A stretch of DNA of 32,000 nucleotides, taken from Candidatus Moranella endobia PCIT. Lineage in GTDB: Bacteria; Pseudomonadota; Gammaproteobacteria; Enterobacterales; Enterobacteriaceae. The number at the start of each line of letters is the position of its first letter. The first letter of the stretch is position 1. A program made the position numbers and the translations under genes. Under the pieces are notes generated by a model. The model saw only the letters and a list, made by a program, of their open reading frames with translations, was not told the origin of the DNA and searched no databases. Positions 10,712 through 21,548 of this stretch are shown here, piece by piece. The DNA is taken from assembly GCF_000219175.1 (NCBI RefSeq), contig NC_015735.1, positions 150,001-182,000 on the forward strand, read 5' to 3'.

Positions 10712-11116
10712 GTCAACCACCACCAGTGTTCCTTAAGCGAAATATGGTAACGCTCATACGTACAGCAAGCGTATTGAATAAAGTATAATATCATGATACT
10801 AAAAAGCTTAACCTATAGCTGAGTAGTAATATTCATGAGAGAGAGTCATTAGCTAGCGACTTTCTGTCGCTATTCGCGGCGCTTAGAGCGCATATTTAAC
10901 TAAAAAAAACATGCCGCCGCGTGTCCAACAAGTTAGAGCGCTAGACCATAGCGCTGAGCTAATCGGCGCAAATAATATTATACTTGAAACAGTAGGTTTT
11001 CATCAACCGCGATTAGCTGGCTAGTAAACTATCACAGACGATACCGTAGAAACTCAAAAAAGGTATCGTAATGAATAATGTAATAAACATTAACACCACA
11101 TATCTGCGAGTAATCG

Positions 11117-11608
11117 TCAATCTGTCTGGTAGTCTCTCGTGTGCAATTTAACACAATAGCCGATGTCATCATAATTAGGATAACCGGCGGCAATATGCGC
11201 CAGTTCATCACAGCGTTCATTTTCTGGATGCCCAGCATGACCCTTTACCCAATCCCAGCGTAAAGTATGAAGCTGAATTGCCATGTCTAGCCGTTGCCAT
11301 AAATCGATGTTTTTAACTGGTTTTTTTTCAGCAGTTTTCCAGCCTAGTTGTTTCCAAGTATGAATCCATTGTGTAATTCCTTGGCGAAGGTACTGACTGT
11401 CAGTGCTGAGTACGACCTGGCAAGCTTCTGTCAGCTCTTCCAGCGCGGCGATGGCCGCCATCAACTCCATACGATTATTGGTAGTCCGGTGATAACCTGC
11501 GCTAAAAGTTTTTTCATACTGTTTATAACGCAAAATGTAGCCATAGCCACCTGGACCAGGATTGCCCAGGCACGAACCATCGGTAAAAATTTTAATTGGT
11601 TTGCACAT
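11117..11608 (-). CDS. rnhA: Ribonuclease HI
   Basis: The listed 210-aa ORF overextends into dnaQ. The internal ATG at 11608 gives [28 protein letters not shown]...[12 protein letters not shown]...[16 protein letters not shown]...[17 protein letters not shown], colinear with the 155-aa E. coli RNase HI. It is divergent from dnaQ, as in E. coli. Confidence 0.9.
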   Translation of the reverse strand: MCKPIKIFTDGSCLGNPGPGGYGYILRYKQYEKTFSAGYHRTTNNRMELMAAIAALEELTEACQVVLSTDSQYLRQGITQWIHTWKQLGWKTAEKKPVKNIDLWQRLDMAIQLHTLRWDWVKGHAGHPENERCDELAHIAAGYPNYDDIGYCVKLHTRDYQTD

Positions 11609-11665
11609 ATCTGTTAAACTTAATCCTAGTAAAAGCTGAAATTTTTCATAAACCACAAGTATAAT

Positions 11666-12406
11666 ATGAGCACTGAAGTTACACGACAGATTATTCTGGA
11701 TACTGAAACAACTGGTATGAACAAGGTTGGTACCCACTACCAAGGACACCGAATAATCGAAATCGGGGCGGTAGAGGTCATTAATCGTCGCCTAACCGGT
11801 CGGAACTTCCACGTCTATCTTAAACCTGACCGTCTGGTAGACCCAGAAGCTTTTCAGGTACACGGTATAAGCAATGACTTTCTAGTGGATAAACCAACCT
11901 TTGCTGCAGTGGCGGATGAATTTTTGCAGTTTATTCGCGGAAGCGAACTAGTAATTCATAACGCTCCTTTCGATATTGGTTTTATGGATTATGAATTTGC
12001 GATGCTTAAGCTAGGCATCGCAAAAACTGAAACCTTTTGCAAGGTAACGGATAGCTTGCGACTGGCGCGTAAAATGTTTCCTGGTAAGCGTAATAGTCTA
12101 GACGCACTGTGTGAACGCTATATGATCGATAAAAGTAAGCGTATCTTACACAGCGCTTTATTAGACGCAAAAATTCTGGCAGATATTTTCTTACTGATGA
12201 CCGGCGGCCAGACCACCATGCGCTTTGCGATAGAAGAAGAGGAATGGAACATTAATGGGGGTAAAATCAAACTCCAACAGCAGGTACAGCAGCCAAAAAC
12301 TGCGCTAAAGATAATTTATGCTAGCAATGAAGAAGTATCGTCTCATGAGCAACGGTTAGATCTTGTACAGCAACAGGGTGGTAAATGTTTATGGCGAGAA
12401 CCATAA
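11666..12406 (+). CDS. dnaQ: DNA polymerase III epsilon (proofreading exonuclease) subunit
   Basis: 246 aa. [19 protein letters not shown]...IIEIGAVEV...[17 protein letters not shown]...[14 protein letters not shown]...CLWRE is colinear with E. coli DnaQ. Confidence 0.95.
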   Translation: MSTEVTRQIILDTETTGMNKVGTHYQGHRIIEIGAVEVINRRLTGRNFHVYLKPDRLVDPEAFQVHGISNDFLVDKPTFAAVADEFLQFIRGSELVIHNAPFDIGFMDYEFAMLKLGIAKTETFCKVTDSLRLARKMFPGKRNSLDALCERYMIDKSKRILHSALLDAKILADIFLLMTGGQTTMRFAIEEEEWNINGGKIKLQQQVQQPKTALKIIYASNEEVSSHEQRLDLVQQQGGKCLWREP

Positions 12407-12433
12407 TTATTTTATATTGGCAAGACCAATCAA

Positions 12434-13102
12434 ATGCTTACCTGGCGTGACACTCTAAAGCAAGAAAAACAGCTGCCTTACTTTCAGGAAACATTGGCCT
12501 TTGTCGCCAGAAAAAGAGCAGCAGCAGTGACCATATATCCACCAGATAAGGAGGTATTTCATGCTTTTCGTTTAACTGAATTATCCGCTGTAAAAGTTGT
12601 TATTATCGGCCAGGATCCATATCATGGACCCAATCAGGCCCATGGTCTGTCTTTTTCCGTCAAACCTGGTGTACCCGTACCACCATCGCTCTTAAATATA
12701 TACAAAGAGCTGACTAATGACATTACCAGTTTTGTCATACCCAACCATGGCTGTCTGCAAAGCTGGGCGCAACAAGGTGTGTTGCTACTCAATACTGTAC
12801 TAACAGTCGAAGCTGGGCAAGCTTATTCCCACGCCCGGCTTGGTTGGAAAATGTTTACAGATAAGGTTATTAAGGTACTTAATATGCACCGTGAAGGGAT
12901 CATATTTTTGCTGTGGGGATCCCATGCCCAGCAAACAGGCCTAATTATCGACCCCCAACGCCACTATGTGCTTAAAGCACCGCACCCATCGCCTATGTCG
13001 GCGTCTAGCGGCTTTTTCGGTTGCCACCATTTCTCGCAGGCAAATAACCTGCTGGTACAACAAGGCAAAAAGCCTATTGACTGGACACCGCAATTACCGT
13101 AA
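12434..13102 (+). CDS. ung: Uracil-DNA glycosylase
   Basis: 222 aa. [39 protein letters not shown] and [12 protein letters not shown] are family-1 UDG motifs, colinear with E. coli Ung. Confidence 0.95.
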   Translation: MLTWRDTLKQEKQLPYFQETLAFVARKRAAAVTIYPPDKEVFHAFRLTELSAVKVVIIGQDPYHGPNQAHGLSFSVKPGVPVPPSLLNIYKELTNDITSFVIPNHGCLQSWAQQGVLLLNTVLTVEAGQAYSHARLGWKMFTDKVIKVLNMHREGIIFLLWGSHAQQTGLIIDPQRHYVLKAPHPSPMSASSGFFGCHHFSQANNLLVQQGKKPIDWTPQLP

Positions 13103-13247
13103 TGGTAGATAAAATCAAGAGCTAGCTGTCACAAAATGTGAATAATAAAGCCAAATTTTTCAATCACTTTTCTGTACATTATGGTCAATCTAATCGATAA
13201 TATTACCTTGGTAACAAGCAAAAGATAAAATTGACGAAAGGTTATCG

Positions 13248-14111
13248 ATGAGCTGGATTGACAAAATGATTCATAAAAGCAATCTCACTCCGGTGCGTCG
13301 GGTAAATATTCCAGATGGTGTATGGACCAAGTGTGATAGTTGTTGCCAGATGTTGTACCGAGCGGAGTTAGAGAGTAATCTTGAGGTATGTCCCAAATGC
13401 GATCACCATATGCGTATAACCGCGCGCGCGCGCCTGTATGCTTTCCTAGATAAAGGAAGTGAATATGAACTTGGCACAAAGTTTGAGCCAAAAGATATAT
13501 TAAACTTCCAGGACTTGCAAAAGTATAAGGATCGACTAGTGGTGGCTCAAAACGTAACCAAAGAGAAAGACGCACTGGTAGTGATGAAAGGAACACTTTA
13601 TAGCATACCGGTAGTAGCAGCGTCCTTTGAATTTGCCTTTCTCGGAGGATCGATGTCTTCAGCAGTTGGTGCACGCTTTGTGCGCGCGGTAGAGCAAGCG
13701 ATAGCTGACCAATGTCCGCTCGTTTGCTTTTCCGCCAGCGGAGGTGCTCGTTTGCAGGAATCGCTGTTGTCGCTGATGCAAATGGCTAAGACTAGCACTG
13801 CGCTGGCTAGGCTGCGCGCGCAGCGGTTACCCTATGTTTCTGTATTGACTAATCCTACCATGGGGGGCGTTTTGGCCAGTTTAGCCATGCTTGGTGATGT
13901 AAATGTTGCCGAACCGAAAGCAATGATTGGTTTTGCTGGTCCACGTGTAATTGCACAGACAATACGTGAAAAACTGCCTACAGGCTTTCAGCGTAGCGAA
14001 TTTTTGTTAGAAAAAGGCATCATCGATCTAATATTACGGCGCCCTGATATACGTCATCGTATTGCACGTCTGTTGGCTAAGCTTACCACCCGTAGGCAGC
14101 CACCCGATTAA
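13248..14111 (+). CDS. accD: Acetyl-CoA carboxylase carboxyltransferase beta subunit
   Basis: 287 aa. It has the N-terminal Cys4 zinc finger (CDSCCQ...CPKCDHH), plus [18 protein letters not shown] and [12 protein letters not shown], colinear with E. coli AccD. The C-terminal tail is about 17 aa shorter. Confidence 0.95.
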   Translation: MSWIDKMIHKSNLTPVRRVNIPDGVWTKCDSCCQMLYRAELESNLEVCPKCDHHMRITARARLYAFLDKGSEYELGTKFEPKDILNFQDLQKYKDRLVVAQNVTKEKDALVVMKGTLYSIPVVAASFEFAFLGGSMSSAVGARFVRAVEQAIADQCPLVCFSASGGARLQESLLSLMQMAKTSTALARLRAQRLPYVSVLTNPTMGGVLASLAMLGDVNVAEPKAMIGFAGPRVIAQTIREKLPTGFQRSEFLLEKGIIDLILRRPDIRHRIARLLAKLTTRRQPPD

Positions 14112-14114
14112 TCT

Positions 14115-14137
14115 CCCTAAAAATTAGGGTATCTTTG
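14115..14137 (+). terminator. Possible intrinsic terminator after accD
   Basis: Hairpin ccctaa-aaa-ttaggg (14115-14129) followed by tatctttg, starting 4 nt after the accD stop. The stem is short and the U-tract modest. Confidence 0.35.
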
Positions 14138-14299
14138 AACCAATCGTCTATAAAGAGCAAATTTTTAACACAGCAGTGCAGTGGCTTAAATGTATAATCT
14201 ACCGGCATAATTATGCTCACCAAACTGAATGTCTGGCTAGAATTCACGTGCCAGTATAACGATCACAATATAGTGCGGTAACCGTAACAGAGGCTAATA

Positions 14300-14965
14300 G
14301 TGTTAAATAATATTGGTCTTGTTATCCGCCAGCTAGATCTACAACCTTATGAGCGAGTAGCACTGGCGATGCATAGCTTTACCGATAAGCGCCATGCCGC
14401 CAGCGATGACGAAATCTGGCTAGTGCAGCATCCGCAGGTTTTTACTAACGGCCAGGCCGGTAATAACGCGCCGGCGCTACAGACTAGTTCTATACCAATG
14501 ATTAAAACTGACCGCGGGGGAAAATTGACTTTCCATGGTCCAGGACAACAGATAATATATATTCTGTTAGATCTGCGCCGCCGCCGGCTTGGTGTGCGTG
14601 ACTTGGTTACCTTGCTGGAAAGCATGATCATTGCCACCCTAGCCAACTTCTCTATTTCGGCTCACGCCCGTGCTAATGCGCCCGGCGTATACGTAGGTGC
14701 AGATAAAATCTGTTCGATTGGTTTACGTATCTACAAAGGCTGTTCCTTACACGGATTAGCTTTAAATGTGGCAATGGATCTATCACCTTTTTTGCTTATC
14801 AGCCCCTGTGGTTATGCCGGCTTGCGGATGACGCAAGTAAAAGATCTATCCCCCGGCACGGGTATTGACGATGTAATACCAGTATTATTAGCTAAATGTC
14901 GGCAGCAACTAGAAACCACTGCCAGCGAGATACAGGACTGGGATCCGTTACAATACGGTGTCTAA
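14300..14965 (+). CDS. lipB: Octanoyltransferase (lipoyl(octanoyl) transferase)
   Basis: 221 aa with a GTG start (E. coli lipB also uses a non-ATG start). [44 protein letters not shown] and PCGYAG (catalytic Lys/Cys context) are colinear with E. coli LipB. Confidence 0.9.
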   Translation: MLNNIGLVIRQLDLQPYERVALAMHSFTDKRHAASDDEIWLVQHPQVFTNGQAGNNAPALQTSSIPMIKTDRGGKLTFHGPGQQIIYILLDLRRRRLGVRDLVTLLESMIIATLANFSISAHARANAPGVYVGADKICSIGLRIYKGCSLHGLALNVAMDLSPFLLISPCGYAGLRMTQVKDLSPGTGIDDVIPVLLAKCRQQLETTASEIQDWDPLQYGV

Positions 14966-15130
14966 ACAACGGGTGCATGTTCTATACATGCTGGCCACCC
15001 ATGCCATGATGCGAATTTTTTCGATGCATACACTGTAATAACATGTAATAATATCCATTATCATATATAATAATAAGTTAAGTATTTAAGTATTAAATAA
15101 TCTACAGTATTGTGAGAGTAAACGAGATAA

Positions 15131-16078
15131 ATGGAACGTAGTTTTAAAGACTATGACGCTGCTAAAATAGCTACTATTCCTATCAGGACAGACGCAGCAG
15201 AACATCAGGAAATATTCAGTAAGCCCCCATGGATGAAAATTCGACTGCCAGTCGACTCTAGTCGTATTAAAGGTATCCAGGCCATGATGCGTAAACATGG
15301 CCTGCATTCAGTGTGCGAAGAAGCATCATGCCCAAACCTAGCGGAATGTTTTAACTACGGCACCGCCACATTTATGATCTTAGGAAACATCTGTACCAGG
15401 CGTTGCCCGTTCTGTGATGTCAAGCATGGTCGCCCAGTCACCCCAGATACCAAAGAACCGGAACACCTGGCGCAAGCCATCACTGAAATGAAGCTACGTT
15501 ACGTCGTGGTAACTTCCGTCGATCGTGATGATCTTCGTGACGGTGGCGCCCAGCATTTTGCTAATTGTATTAGAGCAATCCGCAACCAGAACCCTTCAAT
15601 TCGTATTGAGATCCTAGTGCCAGACTTTCGTGGCTGTATGGATCGTGCACTCGAGATAATCAATGTCGAACCACCTGATGTCTTTAACCACAATTTGGAA
15701 AACGTGCCGCGCCTTTATCGTCAAGTTCGACCCGGTGCCAACTATCATCGGTCGCTTAAGTTACTAGCAAATTTTAAAAACGCTAATCCCAATCTTCAGA
15801 CTAAGTCAGGTCTGATGATGGGACTTGGAGAAACCACCCATGAAATTATCAATGTAATGCGTGATTTATATCATCATGGCGTGACAATGTTAACACTTGG
15901 TCAATACCTGCAGCCGAGCCATAATCACTTACCGGTTAAACGGTATGTAAGCCCGCAGGAATTTAATGATCTCAAACAAGAAGCTCTAGCGATTGGTTTT
16001 GTTTATGCCGCCTGCGGGCCTTTCGTGCGCTCTTCCTACCACGCAGATTTACAAGAAACTGGCATTGAAATAAAATAA
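15131..16078 (+). CDS. lipA: Lipoyl synthase (radical SAM)
   Basis: 315 aa. [16 protein letters not shown] and [10 protein letters not shown] (both Fe-S cluster motifs) and the C-terminal [11 protein letters not shown] are colinear with E. coli LipA. Confidence 0.95.
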   Translation: MERSFKDYDAAKIATIPIRTDAAEHQEIFSKPPWMKIRLPVDSSRIKGIQAMMRKHGLHSVCEEASCPNLAECFNYGTATFMILGNICTRRCPFCDVKHGRPVTPDTKEPEHLAQAITEMKLRYVVVTSVDRDDLRDGGAQHFANCIRAIRNQNPSIRIEILVPDFRGCMDRALEIINVEPPDVFNHNLENVPRLYRQVRPGANYHRSLKLLANFKNANPNLQTKSGLMMGLGETTHEIINVMRDLYHHGVTMLTLGQYLQPSHNHLPVKRYVSPQEFNDLKQEALAIGFVYAACGPFVRSSYHADLQETGIEIK

Positions 16079-16224
16079 ACTACCGTACTGAATGTTAATT
16101 TAAAAACTATACGTTCAGCTGCAGAAAAGCATGTTTCATTTAAGCAAAATTCAAGCAAACGACATAACTTGTCTTTAACGTAGTTAACTTAATTTTTTAA
16201 AAGTGTTTTTAAAAGCTTGTTCCA

Positions 16225-16301
16225 TGGTGCACCCGGGAGGATTCGAACCTCCGACCGCTCGGTTCGTAGCCGAGTACTCTATCCAGCTGAGCTACGGATG
16301 C
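16225..16301 (-). tRNA. argV-like: tRNA-Arg (anticodon ACG), CCA encoded
   Basis: The reverse complement GCATCCGTAGCTCAGCTGGATAGAGTACTCGGCTACGAACCGAGCGGTCGGAGGTTCGAATCCTCCCGGGTGCACCA differs from E. coli argQ/V/Y/Z at one acceptor-stem position, which creates a U4-G69 wobble. Confidence 0.95.
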
Positions 16302-16320
16302 ATTTATTACAAATTACCAA

Positions 16321-16412
16321 TGGCGGTGAGGGAGGGATTCGAACCCTCGATACAGCTTTTACTGTATACTCCCTTAGCAGGGGAGCGCCTTCAGCCTCTT
16401 GGCTACCTCACC
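16321..16412 (-). tRNA. serV-like: tRNA-Ser (anticodon GCU), class II, CCA encoded
   Basis: The reverse complement is GGTGAGGTAGCCAAGAGGCTGAAGGCGCTCCCCTGCTAAGGGAGTATACAGTAAAAGCTGTATCGAGGGTTCGAATCCCTCCCTCACCGCCA. It lies 19 nt upstream of tRNA-Arg, mirroring the E. coli serV-argV arrangement. Confidence 0.95.
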
Positions 16413-16434
16413 GAGGGCGCCACTGTTGGCGAAC

Positions 16435-16462
16435 ATCTTACTTTCTTGACTGGATAAGTCAA
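16435..16462 (-). promoter_or_regulatory. Candidate promoter of the tRNA-Ser/tRNA-Arg operon
   Basis: The minus strand reads aaaagtaaaaaatat-TTGACT-(16 nt)-TAAGAT-gttcgcc. The -35 is at 16462..16457 and the -10 at 16440..16435. There is an A/T-rich UP-like tract upstream and a GC-rich discriminator, and the mature tRNA 5' end lies about 23 nt downstream of the -10. Confidence 0.5.
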
Positions 16463-16660
16463 TATTTTTTACTTTTGGAAAGTCATTGCACAATTCACCA
16501 GCACAACAAATTAGCCACGGTATTGGTAATTGGTATATTATACTAGAAGATAATAAATCGCTCAAGGACGGTTGTGTAAATTGTGCTTTGGTGTGAACTA
16601 GCGCTGGATAACGATTGTACTGATAAATTTGGCTCTGTCTAGATATTTTATATTGGCTAG

Positions 16661-17083
16661 CTATTTTCTATTGGGACGAATCTTTGGTGCTATTTTGTCT
16701 AACACACCATTGATAAATTTATGACTATCTTCTGCACCAAAAGTTTTAGCTAGCTCGATCGCTTCGTTAATGGCTACTTTATACGGTACATCCTGGCACT
16801 GGCTTAATTCAAATAGTGCAATACGTAACACGGCATATTCCACGTAGCCAAGCTCTTTCAGCTGACGTGATAAATAAGGAACCATCAGCTTATCCAGTTC
16901 TTTGGCATTCATCACTGCTCCGGCATACAGCGCACGGCAATAATCTATATCTACATCCGACATATCCTGCTCAGCCATAAACTGGATTTCTATCTCAGAG
17001 AGATCATTATGTGATAATTGCCATGAGTAAAGCACCTGGACGGCACACTCACGAGCACGGCGACGAGCGGTTGGTTTCCACAC
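16661..17083 (-). CDS. nusB: Transcription antitermination factor NusB
   Basis: 140 aa with a GTG start 8 nt after [29 protein letters not shown]...[32 protein letters not shown] is colinear with E. coli NusB. It is the downstream partner of ribH, as in E. coli. Confidence 0.95.
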   Translation of the reverse strand: MWKPTARRRARECAVQVLYSWQLSHNDLSEIEIQFMAEQDMSDVDIDYCRALYAGAVMNAKELDKLMVPYLSRQLKELGYVEYAVLRIALFELSQCQDVPYKVAINEAIELAKTFGAEDSHKFINGVLDKIAPKIRPNRK

Positions 17084-17101
17084 ACCATTCCCCTCCTATA
17101 C

Positions 17102-17572
17102 TTAAATTTTGATAGCTTGTAAGACGTTGATCATTTCCAGAGCACTTAGCGCAGCTTCAGCGCCCTTATTACCGACCTTGGTACCGGCACGTTCTATAGC
17201 TTGTTCGAGGCTATCTGTAGTAAGCACACCAAAAACAACTGGTAACGTAGTGCGCACAGCAATAGCTGCTAGGCCGGCACTACATTCGCCAGCGACGAAG
17301 TCGAAATGTGAGGTATCGCCACGGATAACAGTGCCCAGCGCGACGACAGCGTCATATTTTTTGCTATCTGCAAGCGCACTGACTGCTAACGGTAATTCGT
17401 AAGCACCAGGGACCCATACAACTGTGATATTTTTTTCTTTGACCTGGCCGATGCGCGTTAGAGAGTCTACTGCGCCATCCAGCAGATTATCATTGATCAA
17501 GTGGTTAAAGCGCGCAACCGCAATAACCACACGCGCATTGGGAGCGGCAATAATACCTGTAATAACATTCAT
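17102..17572 (-). CDS. ribH: 6,7-dimethyl-8-ribityllumazine synthase
   Basis: 156 aa. [19 protein letters not shown]...[12 protein letters not shown]...[19 protein letters not shown]...[27 protein letters not shown] is colinear with E. coli RibH/RibE. Confidence 0.95.
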   Translation of the reverse strand: MNVITGIIAAPNARVVIAVARFNHLINDNLLDGAVDSLTRIGQVKEKNITVVWVPGAYELPLAVSALADSKKYDAVVALGTVIRGDTSHFDFVAGECSAGLAAIAVRTTLPVVFGVLTTDSLEQAIERAGTKVGNKGAEAALSALEMINVLQAIKI

Positions 17573-17599
17573 GTTAATCCTTAATTAAGTGATAGTGCT

Positions 17600-17870
17600 G
17601 AAGCTTTTTACGATACGGCCAGATTGAAAATCCTAACACAATACTTAGCACGCTTACTCTAGCAAATGAAAATAATCTGGCACAAAGCATGCCTGCAGAA
17701 AAATCCTATCTCACATCAGGTTAAGTAATCAACCAGTTTTCCCCAGAGACTATGTTAATTCTCAGCTTAAGCCTAAGTCTGCCATCCACCACCATGTCAC
17801 GCTAGCGTGTTTGGGCGGCGCAGTAGTGCAATAGTGAACTATTAGCGTCGACGATCAGCACTAGTCAGTG
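17600..17870 (-). pseudogene. ribD: Probable remnant of ribD (C-terminal reductase domain), heavily decayed
   Basis: It occupies the ancestral position directly upstream of ribH. Minus-strand translation of 17795..17721 gives MVVDGRLRLKLRINIVSGENWLIT*, which resembles E. coli RibD IVIDSQNRVTPVHRIVQQPGETWFART. A weaker fragment, FSIWPY, resembles NSIWVEAG near 17625. Stops and frame changes separate the fragments. The alignment is from memory and short. Confidence 0.4.
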
Positions 17871-18143
17871 CAAACTTGTATACCAGAACATCTGATCGTG
17901 ATTGGTAATTCGACAGTAAGATGCTTATGCTGGAAAATTTTATATAGTAAAATCGTAATAGATATAAAATATCTTGACATGATTACTAGCATTGTTAATC
18001 AAATGCTATCATTTAACCAGTTGTCCGCTTTGGCGACAGTCAGTAGTATTAAAGACTTTAAAGTCTAAAGACGTTCAAGTAAATCTACTCCAAAAATGGA
18101 CAGATATATTATAATATAAGTTAAATTAATTGTAAGTAGTTTT

Positions 18144-18869
18144 CCTATTAACTATAATAGGAACAGGTAAATAGCTGTAAACAGCTGTGATACGCTATAT
18201 AGTTTTTACTGGAAAAACTATTGGTATTTAGCGCCAATAAACAACATTAAGAAACATTCCAGCCTGTACGTAGTAGGTCAAATGTTACAAACATTGGTGC
18301 CAATTACTTGTAATAATACCACAGATGGAAAATTGATGACTTCTGTGCCTACCTTGATCGTTAATTTCCAGCCATGCAAGAGTGATAATGATCATTTAAG
18401 CAGTATAAGCGAAATATCGTTGCGCTCATCGAATAACAATGCGCCGGGGGTAGTATTATCAAGTACCGCAATAGAATTGGGCAGCGTCAGCACCCCAATC
18501 AGTGATTGGTATTGGCCGACTGATGGTAAGATTATTAAAAATTTTTCTGCTGCGGAAGTTGGCAACAAAGGTATTGATATTGCTGGTTTTCTAGGTCAAG
18601 CTATTTTAGCTACCAGCAATGGTAGAGTAGTTTATGCAGGCAATGCCTGGCGGGGATATGGGAATTTGATTATTATCAAACATAATGATAATTACTTAAG
18701 TGCCTACGCTCACAATAATACTATGCTGGTGTGTGAAAAACAAACCGTTAGTTCAGGGCAAAAAATTGCTACCATGGGTAGTACCGGTACTAACACCATT
18801 AAGTTATATTTTGAAATTCGTTACAAGAGTAAATCAGTTAACCCACTGTGTTATCTTCCGCAGCGCTAA
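18144..18869 (+). pseudogene. nlpD: nlpD remnant: intact-looking M23 peptidase domain ORF (18282..18869) preceded by in-frame stops, with no signal peptide or lipobox
   Basis: The C-terminus [27 protein letters not shown]...[26 protein letters not shown]...[37 protein letters not shown] is colinear with the E. coli NlpD C-terminus. The same frame upstream of the ATG reads [46 protein letters not shown], compared with E. coli IVYNRQYG...[38 protein letters not shown]. This is a LysM-domain remnant interrupted by TAA at 18168-18170, with another stop at 18117-18119. The ORF is 195 aa against 379 aa in E. coli. Confidence 0.7.
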
Positions 18870-18970
18870 ATTTTGGGAGATTAGATTAATATATAACAAA
18901 TATATACCGTAGAAAAGTTTAAGCAGTGTAAATACATCGTTACTTCGATAGATAACTACTGAATAGCTAT

Positions 18971-21538
18971 TCATAGCATTTCTTTTAGACGGTAAATCCA
19001 TTCGAGCGCCTGACGTGGCGATAGATTCTCAGGATCTAGATGTTTTAGCGCATCAATAATAGCCGAAAACGAAACATCCGGCTTATCCTCCGGTATTAGC
19101 AGCGCGCACGGTGAGCTGTTCACTATACCTGTAGAGACAGTTTCTAATTCCTGAAGCTTCTGATATGCGCGCTTGATAACCTCACGCGGTACTCCCGCTA
19201 GTGCCGCTACTGACAAACCATAACTCTTGCTGGCGGCACCATCTTGCACGCTGTGCATAAATGTGATGGTGTCACTACACTCCACTGCATCAAAATGCAC
19301 GTTTGCTATGTTTTTTATTTTTTCTGGCATGGTGGTCAATTCGAAATAATGTGTAGCAAATAATGTCATTGACCTAATATGATCAGCCAGATTTTCTGCG
19401 CAGGCCCAGGCCAGCGATAGCCCATCGTAGGTAGAGGTGCCGCGGCCAATTTCATCCATTAGCACCAGACTATAACGCGTAGCGTTATGCAGAATATTAG
19501 AGGTTTCTGTCATCTCCATCATGAAAGTAGATCGGCCAGAAGCCAGATCGTCAACAGCACCAACACGGGTAAAGATGCGATCTACTACTCCTATGACTGC
19601 TTGCTCAGCAGGAACAAAACTGCCAATATAAGCCAACAGCACGATCAGAGCAGTTTGGCGCATATAAGTGCTTTTCCCGCCCATGTTGGGACCTGTAATG
19701 ATCAGCATTCGCCGTGCATCAGATAACACTAAAGGATTAGAGATAAAAGGTTCGCTCAGCATATGTTCTACAACTGGATGGCGACCGCCGGTAATCTGGA
19801 TGCCAGACCGAACATCAATCACCGGACAAATATAGTTCAATGTTTCCGCGCGCTCTGCTAGATTACAGAGCACATCCAGCTCTGCCAGCGCTACCGCACT
19901 TTGCTGTAGCGCTGGCAGGTGTGGCAAAAGCAGGTCAAATAGCGCATCATACAGTACTTTTTCCAGCGCTATCGCCTTACTTTTAGATATTATTGCTTTG
20001 TCTTCGTATTCTTTAAGTTCTGGAATGATGTAGCGCTCGGCGTTTTTCAACGTTTGACGACGTACATAATGGTTTGGCGCTAGATGGCTTTGGCAGCGAC
20101 TTAGTTGAATGAAATAGCCATGTATTGCGTTGAAACCTACTTGCAGCGTCTCTAAACCAGTTTTTTTCCTTTCTCGACGCTCAAGATGTTCGAGATAATC
20201 GGTAGCGCCGACCGCAAAGCTACGCCATTTGTCTAATTCAGCATTGTATCCAGAGGCAATAACGCCGCCATCACGCACTAGCACCGGTGGCGATTCAATA
20301 ATCGCCCGCGCTAGCAAATTTTGCAAAATGTCGAATTCCCCTATCCGCTCTAACAACAATTGCAAATATTGATTAGACTTAACCTTAAGCATAGTTTTAA
20401 TGGTTGGCAACTGTGCAAAAGCATGACGCATACGTGCTAAATCGCGCGGCCGCGCCGAACGCAACGCCAGCCGCGCTAGCACCCGCTCCAGATCACCAAT
20501 CTGACTCAGTAACGGACGTAGTAGATCTAACACGGGATCCTGCAGAGCGCGAATACTTTCCTGACGGTTAGTAAGTATAGTGATATCTCGAGTTGGAATA
20601 TGTAACCAGCGTTTCAACATCCGGCTACCCATGGGAGTGACCGTGTGGTCTAATACGGCCGCCAGCGTATTTTCGTCGCCCCCCTTGAGATTTTGCGTGA
20701 GCTCCAGATTACGTAGCGTTGCTGCATCCATTACAATACGGTCCTGTGGACGCTCTAGTGTGATTGCACGAATGTGCGGTAATGAGGTGCGCTGGGTATC
20801 CTTGGCGTATTGTAGTAGACAGCCGGCTGCACACAGAGCCAACTGCGCTCGCTCCATGCCAAAACCGGATAAATCACTGGTACCGAACTGGCGGGTGAGC
20901 TGCTGGCGGGCAGTATCAAGCTCAAATTCCCACAGCGGCCGACGCCGCAGACCTCGACGATGTTTGATTAGAGAAAGATCCATATTTTCTGGATATAGCA
21001 GCTCTGCTGGATTGGTGCGTTGTAATTCCGCGGCCAGGGCATCTTTGTCTGCTGGTTCCGAAGCTAAAAAACGACCAGAGGTAATATCAAGCGTAGCATA
21101 ACCAAAGCCCTGTAGCGCCTGCCAAATTGCGGCTAGTAGGTTATCTTGGCGTTCTTGTAGTAGAGCTTCGTCACTCAAAGTACCTGGTGTGACGATACGA
21201 ACTACACGACGTTCAACTAGCCCTTTAGTGGTAGCGGGATCGCCAATCTGTTCACAAATTGCGGCTGACTCACCCAGCGCCACCAATTTGGCCAGATAAT
21301 TATCTACCGCATGATAGGGAACTCCTGCCATAGGTATCGCTTCGCCGGCGGAGGTGCCCCGTTTGGCGAGAGATATATCTATCAGCTGAGACGCACGTTT
21401 AGCGTCATCGTAAAATAACTCGTAAAAATCTCCCATCCGATAGAACAATAGTATATCTGGATGCTGCGCTTTCAATTTCAGGTACTGCTGCATCATGGGA
21501 GTATGTAAATCTAGGTTTTTCATGTCAATGAACGACAT
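18971..21538 (-). CDS. mutS: DNA mismatch repair protein MutS
   Basis: 855 aa. [39 protein letters not shown], the Walker [18 protein letters not shown], and [20 protein letters not shown] are colinear with the 853-aa E. coli MutS. Confidence 0.95.
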   Translation of the reverse strand: MSFIDMKNLDLHTPMMQQYLKLKAQHPDILLFYRMGDFYELFYDDAKRASQLIDISLAKRGTSAGEAIPMAGVPYHAVDNYLAKLVALGESAAICEQIGDPATTKGLVERRVVRIVTPGTLSDEALLQERQDNLLAAIWQALQGFGYATLDITSGRFLASEPADKDALAAELQRTNPAELLYPENMDLSLIKHRRGLRRRPLWEFELDTARQQLTRQFGTSDLSGFGMERAQLALCAAGCLLQYAKDTQRTSLPHIRAITLERPQDRIVMDAATLRNLELTQNLKGGDENTLAAVLDHTVTPMGSRMLKRWLHIPTRDITILTNRQESIRALQDPVLDLLRPLLSQIGDLERVLARLALRSARPRDLARMRHAFAQLPTIKTMLKVKSNQYLQLLLERIGEFDILQNLLARAIIESPPVLVRDGGVIASGYNAELDKWRSFAVGATDYLEHLERRERKKTGLETLQVGFNAIHGYFIQLSRCQSHLAPNHYVRRQTLKNAERYIIPELKEYEDKAIISKSKAIALEKVLYDALFDLLLPHLPALQQSAVALAELDVLCNLAERAETLNYICPVIDVRSGIQITGGRHPVVEHMLSEPFISNPLVLSDARRMLIITGPNMGGKSTYMRQTALIVLLAYIGSFVPAEQAVIGVVDRIFTRVGAVDDLASGRSTFMMEMTETSNILHNATRYSLVLMDEIGRGTSTYDGLSLAWACAENLADHIRSMTLFATHYFELTTMPEKIKNIANVHFDAVECSDTITFMHSVQDGAASKSYGLSVAALAGVPREVIKRAYQKLQELETVSTGIVNSSPCALLIPEDKPDVSFSAIIDALKHLDPENLSPRQALEWIYRLKEML

Positions 21539-21548
21539 ATTTAGAGTA

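Noticed and set aside
10875-10969. tRNA gene or 6S-RNA-like gene on the minus strand
   Set aside because: The GCGCCGATTAGCTCAG and GCGGCGGCATG strings superficially recall a tRNA 5' half and the 6S RNA 3' end. No anticodon arm, T-arm or complementary closing stem can be built. I kept it only as an unexplained structured island.
11660-11665. TATAAT immediately abutting the dnaQ ATG, as a promoter or leaderless start
   Set aside because: A transcript initiated 6-8 nt downstream would begin inside the coding sequence past the ATG. This is probably a chance AT-rich hexamer.
11117-11749. 210-aa version of the rnhA ORF
   Set aside because: The N-terminal 47 codons have no RNase H homology and would overlap the dnaQ start on the opposite strand. 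The ATG at 11608 reproduces the E. coli N-terminus.
16203-16565. Three overlapping small ORFs (84, 109 and 63 aa)
   Set aside because: They overlap the tRNA-Arg and tRNA-Ser(GCU) genes or their promoter region, and the GFEPS-type peptides are just translated T-arms. The same applies to 6233..6445, which overlaps tRNA-Ser(GGA).
20580-21101. 173-aa ORF on the plus strand inside mutS
   Set aside because: It is entirely antisense to a well-conserved mutS segment, Arg/Ser/Cys-rich with no recognisable homology or SD. This is a typical shadow ORF. The same reasoning applies to 19487..19726, 4577..4963 (antisense pykA), 13285..13674 and 13598..13798 (antisense accD), 17109..17402 (antisense ribH), 24506..24778 and 24854..25042 (antisense fabG), 5423..5722, 8654..8984, 14347..14646, 15499..15693 and 28055..28252.
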